DNA of 64,000 nt from the human T2T-CHM13v2.0 reference genome, Homo sapiens. The notes under the pieces are model-generated. The model was given only the letters and a program-made list of their open reading frames with translations, had not been told where the DNA came from and ran no database searches. The DNA lies in NCBI RefSeq assembly GCF_009914755.1, contig NC_060934.1. One strand, written 5' to 3'. Below, in pieces: positions 62,424 to 64,000 of this stretch; positions within the stretch are counted from its first letter, which is position 1, and the number at the start of each line of letters is the position of its first letter. Made by a program: the position numbers and the translations under genes.

Positions 62424-64000
62424 CTTTTCTTTTTAAATTACCTAGTCTCAGGTATTTATAGCAATGTGAGAATGACGTAATACAACCAATAATGTGGTAT
62501 CTCTATGAATGTGTGAGAACTACAGCATTGTTGGGCTTTGTGTGCCCCCTAAAGCAGATACAGGTTAGATCACAACACCCAAGTCCTTTTGAATATCTGG
62601 AAACCTTTCCCAAGAAGGACGGGTATAAACAAGCCCAGATTGAGAAGACTACAATAAATACCTAACTGTTCAATGCCCAGACACAGACAAGTATCTACAA
62701 GTATCAAGACCATCCAGGGAAACAGGACATCACCACATGAACTAAATAATGCACCAGGAACCAATTCTAGAAAAACAGATATATTGCCTTTCAGACACAG
62801 AATCCAAAATAGCCATTTTGAGGAAACTCAAAGAAATTCAAGATAACACAGAGAAGGAATTCAGAATACTATCAGACCAATTTAACAAAGTGATTGTAAT
62901 AATTAGAAAGAATCAAGCAGAAATCCTAGACTGAAAAATACAATTGGCATTCTGAAGAATGCATCAGTCTTTTAGTAGCAGAATTGATCAAGCAGAAGAA
63001 AGAATTAGTGAACTTGAAGACAGGCTATTTGAAAATACTTGGCAGAGGAGATAAAAGGAAAAAGAATAAAAAACAATAAAACACATGTACAGAATCTAGA
63101 AAATAGCCTCAAAAGGGCAAATCTAAGAGTTATAGGTCTTAAAGAAGAGGTAGAAAAAAATATGGGGTAGAAAGTTTATTCAAAGGGATAATAATAGAGG
63201 ACTTCCCAAACCTAGAGAAATATATCAATATCCAAGTACAAGAAGGTTATAGAACACCAAGCAGATTTAACCTAAAGAAGACTACCTCAAGGCATTTAAT
63301 AATCAAACTCCCAAAGGTCAAGGACAAATAAAGGATCCTAAAAGCAGCAAGAGAAGAGAAACAAATAACATACAATGGAGCTCCAATATGCCTAGTAGCA
63401 CTTTTTGGTGGAAACCTTACAGGTCAGGAGAGAGTGACATACTTAAATTGCTGAAGAAAAAAAGTTTTACCTGAGAATAGTATATCCAGTAAAAATATCC
63501 TTCAAATGTGATGGACAAATAAGCTTTCCCAGACAAACAAAAGCTGAGGGATTTTGTCAACACCAGACCTGCCCTACAAGAAATTCTAAAGGGAATACTT
63601 CAGTCAGAAAGAAAAGTATGTTAATGAGCAATAAGAAATCCTCTGAAGGTACAAAACTCACTGCTAATAATAAGTACACAGAAAAACAGAATATTATAAC
63701 ACTGTAACTGCAGTGTATAAACTACTCTTATTTCTAGTAAAAAGACTAAATGATGAACAAATCAAAAATAATAACTACAAATTTTTAAGACATAGTACAA
63801 TAACATATAAATAGAAAGAGCAAAAAGTTTAAAAGAGGGGGATAGAGTCTGTAGTTTCTTTTTGCTTGTTGCTTCTATTGTTTATTTATGCAAACAGGGT
63901 TAAGTTGTTATCAGCTTAAAACAATGGGTATTAAGATAGTATTTGCAAGCCTCATGGCAACTTCAAACCAAAAACCATACAACAGATACACAAAATATGT

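Overview
Primate (almost certainly human) genomic DNA covering the 5' end of SHTN1 (shootin-1/KIAA1598) on the minus strand. Coding exon 1 (37255-37312) lies in a CpG island, exon 2 at 11507-11559 and exon 3 at 899-959. Spliced at canonical GT-AG sites they give MNSSDEEKQLQLITSLKEQ-AIGEYEDLRAENQKTKEK-CDKIRQERDEAVKKLEEFQK. Most of the rest is layered interspersed repeat: about 40 Alus, old L1M elements, L2/MIR, Tigger and hAT DNA transposons, an 8-kb two-LTR MER34-like ERV1 provirus (21610-29679), a two-LTR MST provirus (59366-62484) and a 3'UTR-only retrocopy with TSDs (54473-56331). I see no novel multi-gene system. The best leads are a candidate intron-2 exon with tandem donors that stops the canonical frame but opens an alternative N-terminus (MPRILKQ) in frame with exon 3, a 21-codon uORF in the 5' leader, the retrocopied 3'UTR, and a palindromic 35-bp minisatellite inside a transposase-bearing Tigger. 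Repeat subfamily names come from recalled consensus sequences, and boundaries without TSDs are approximate.
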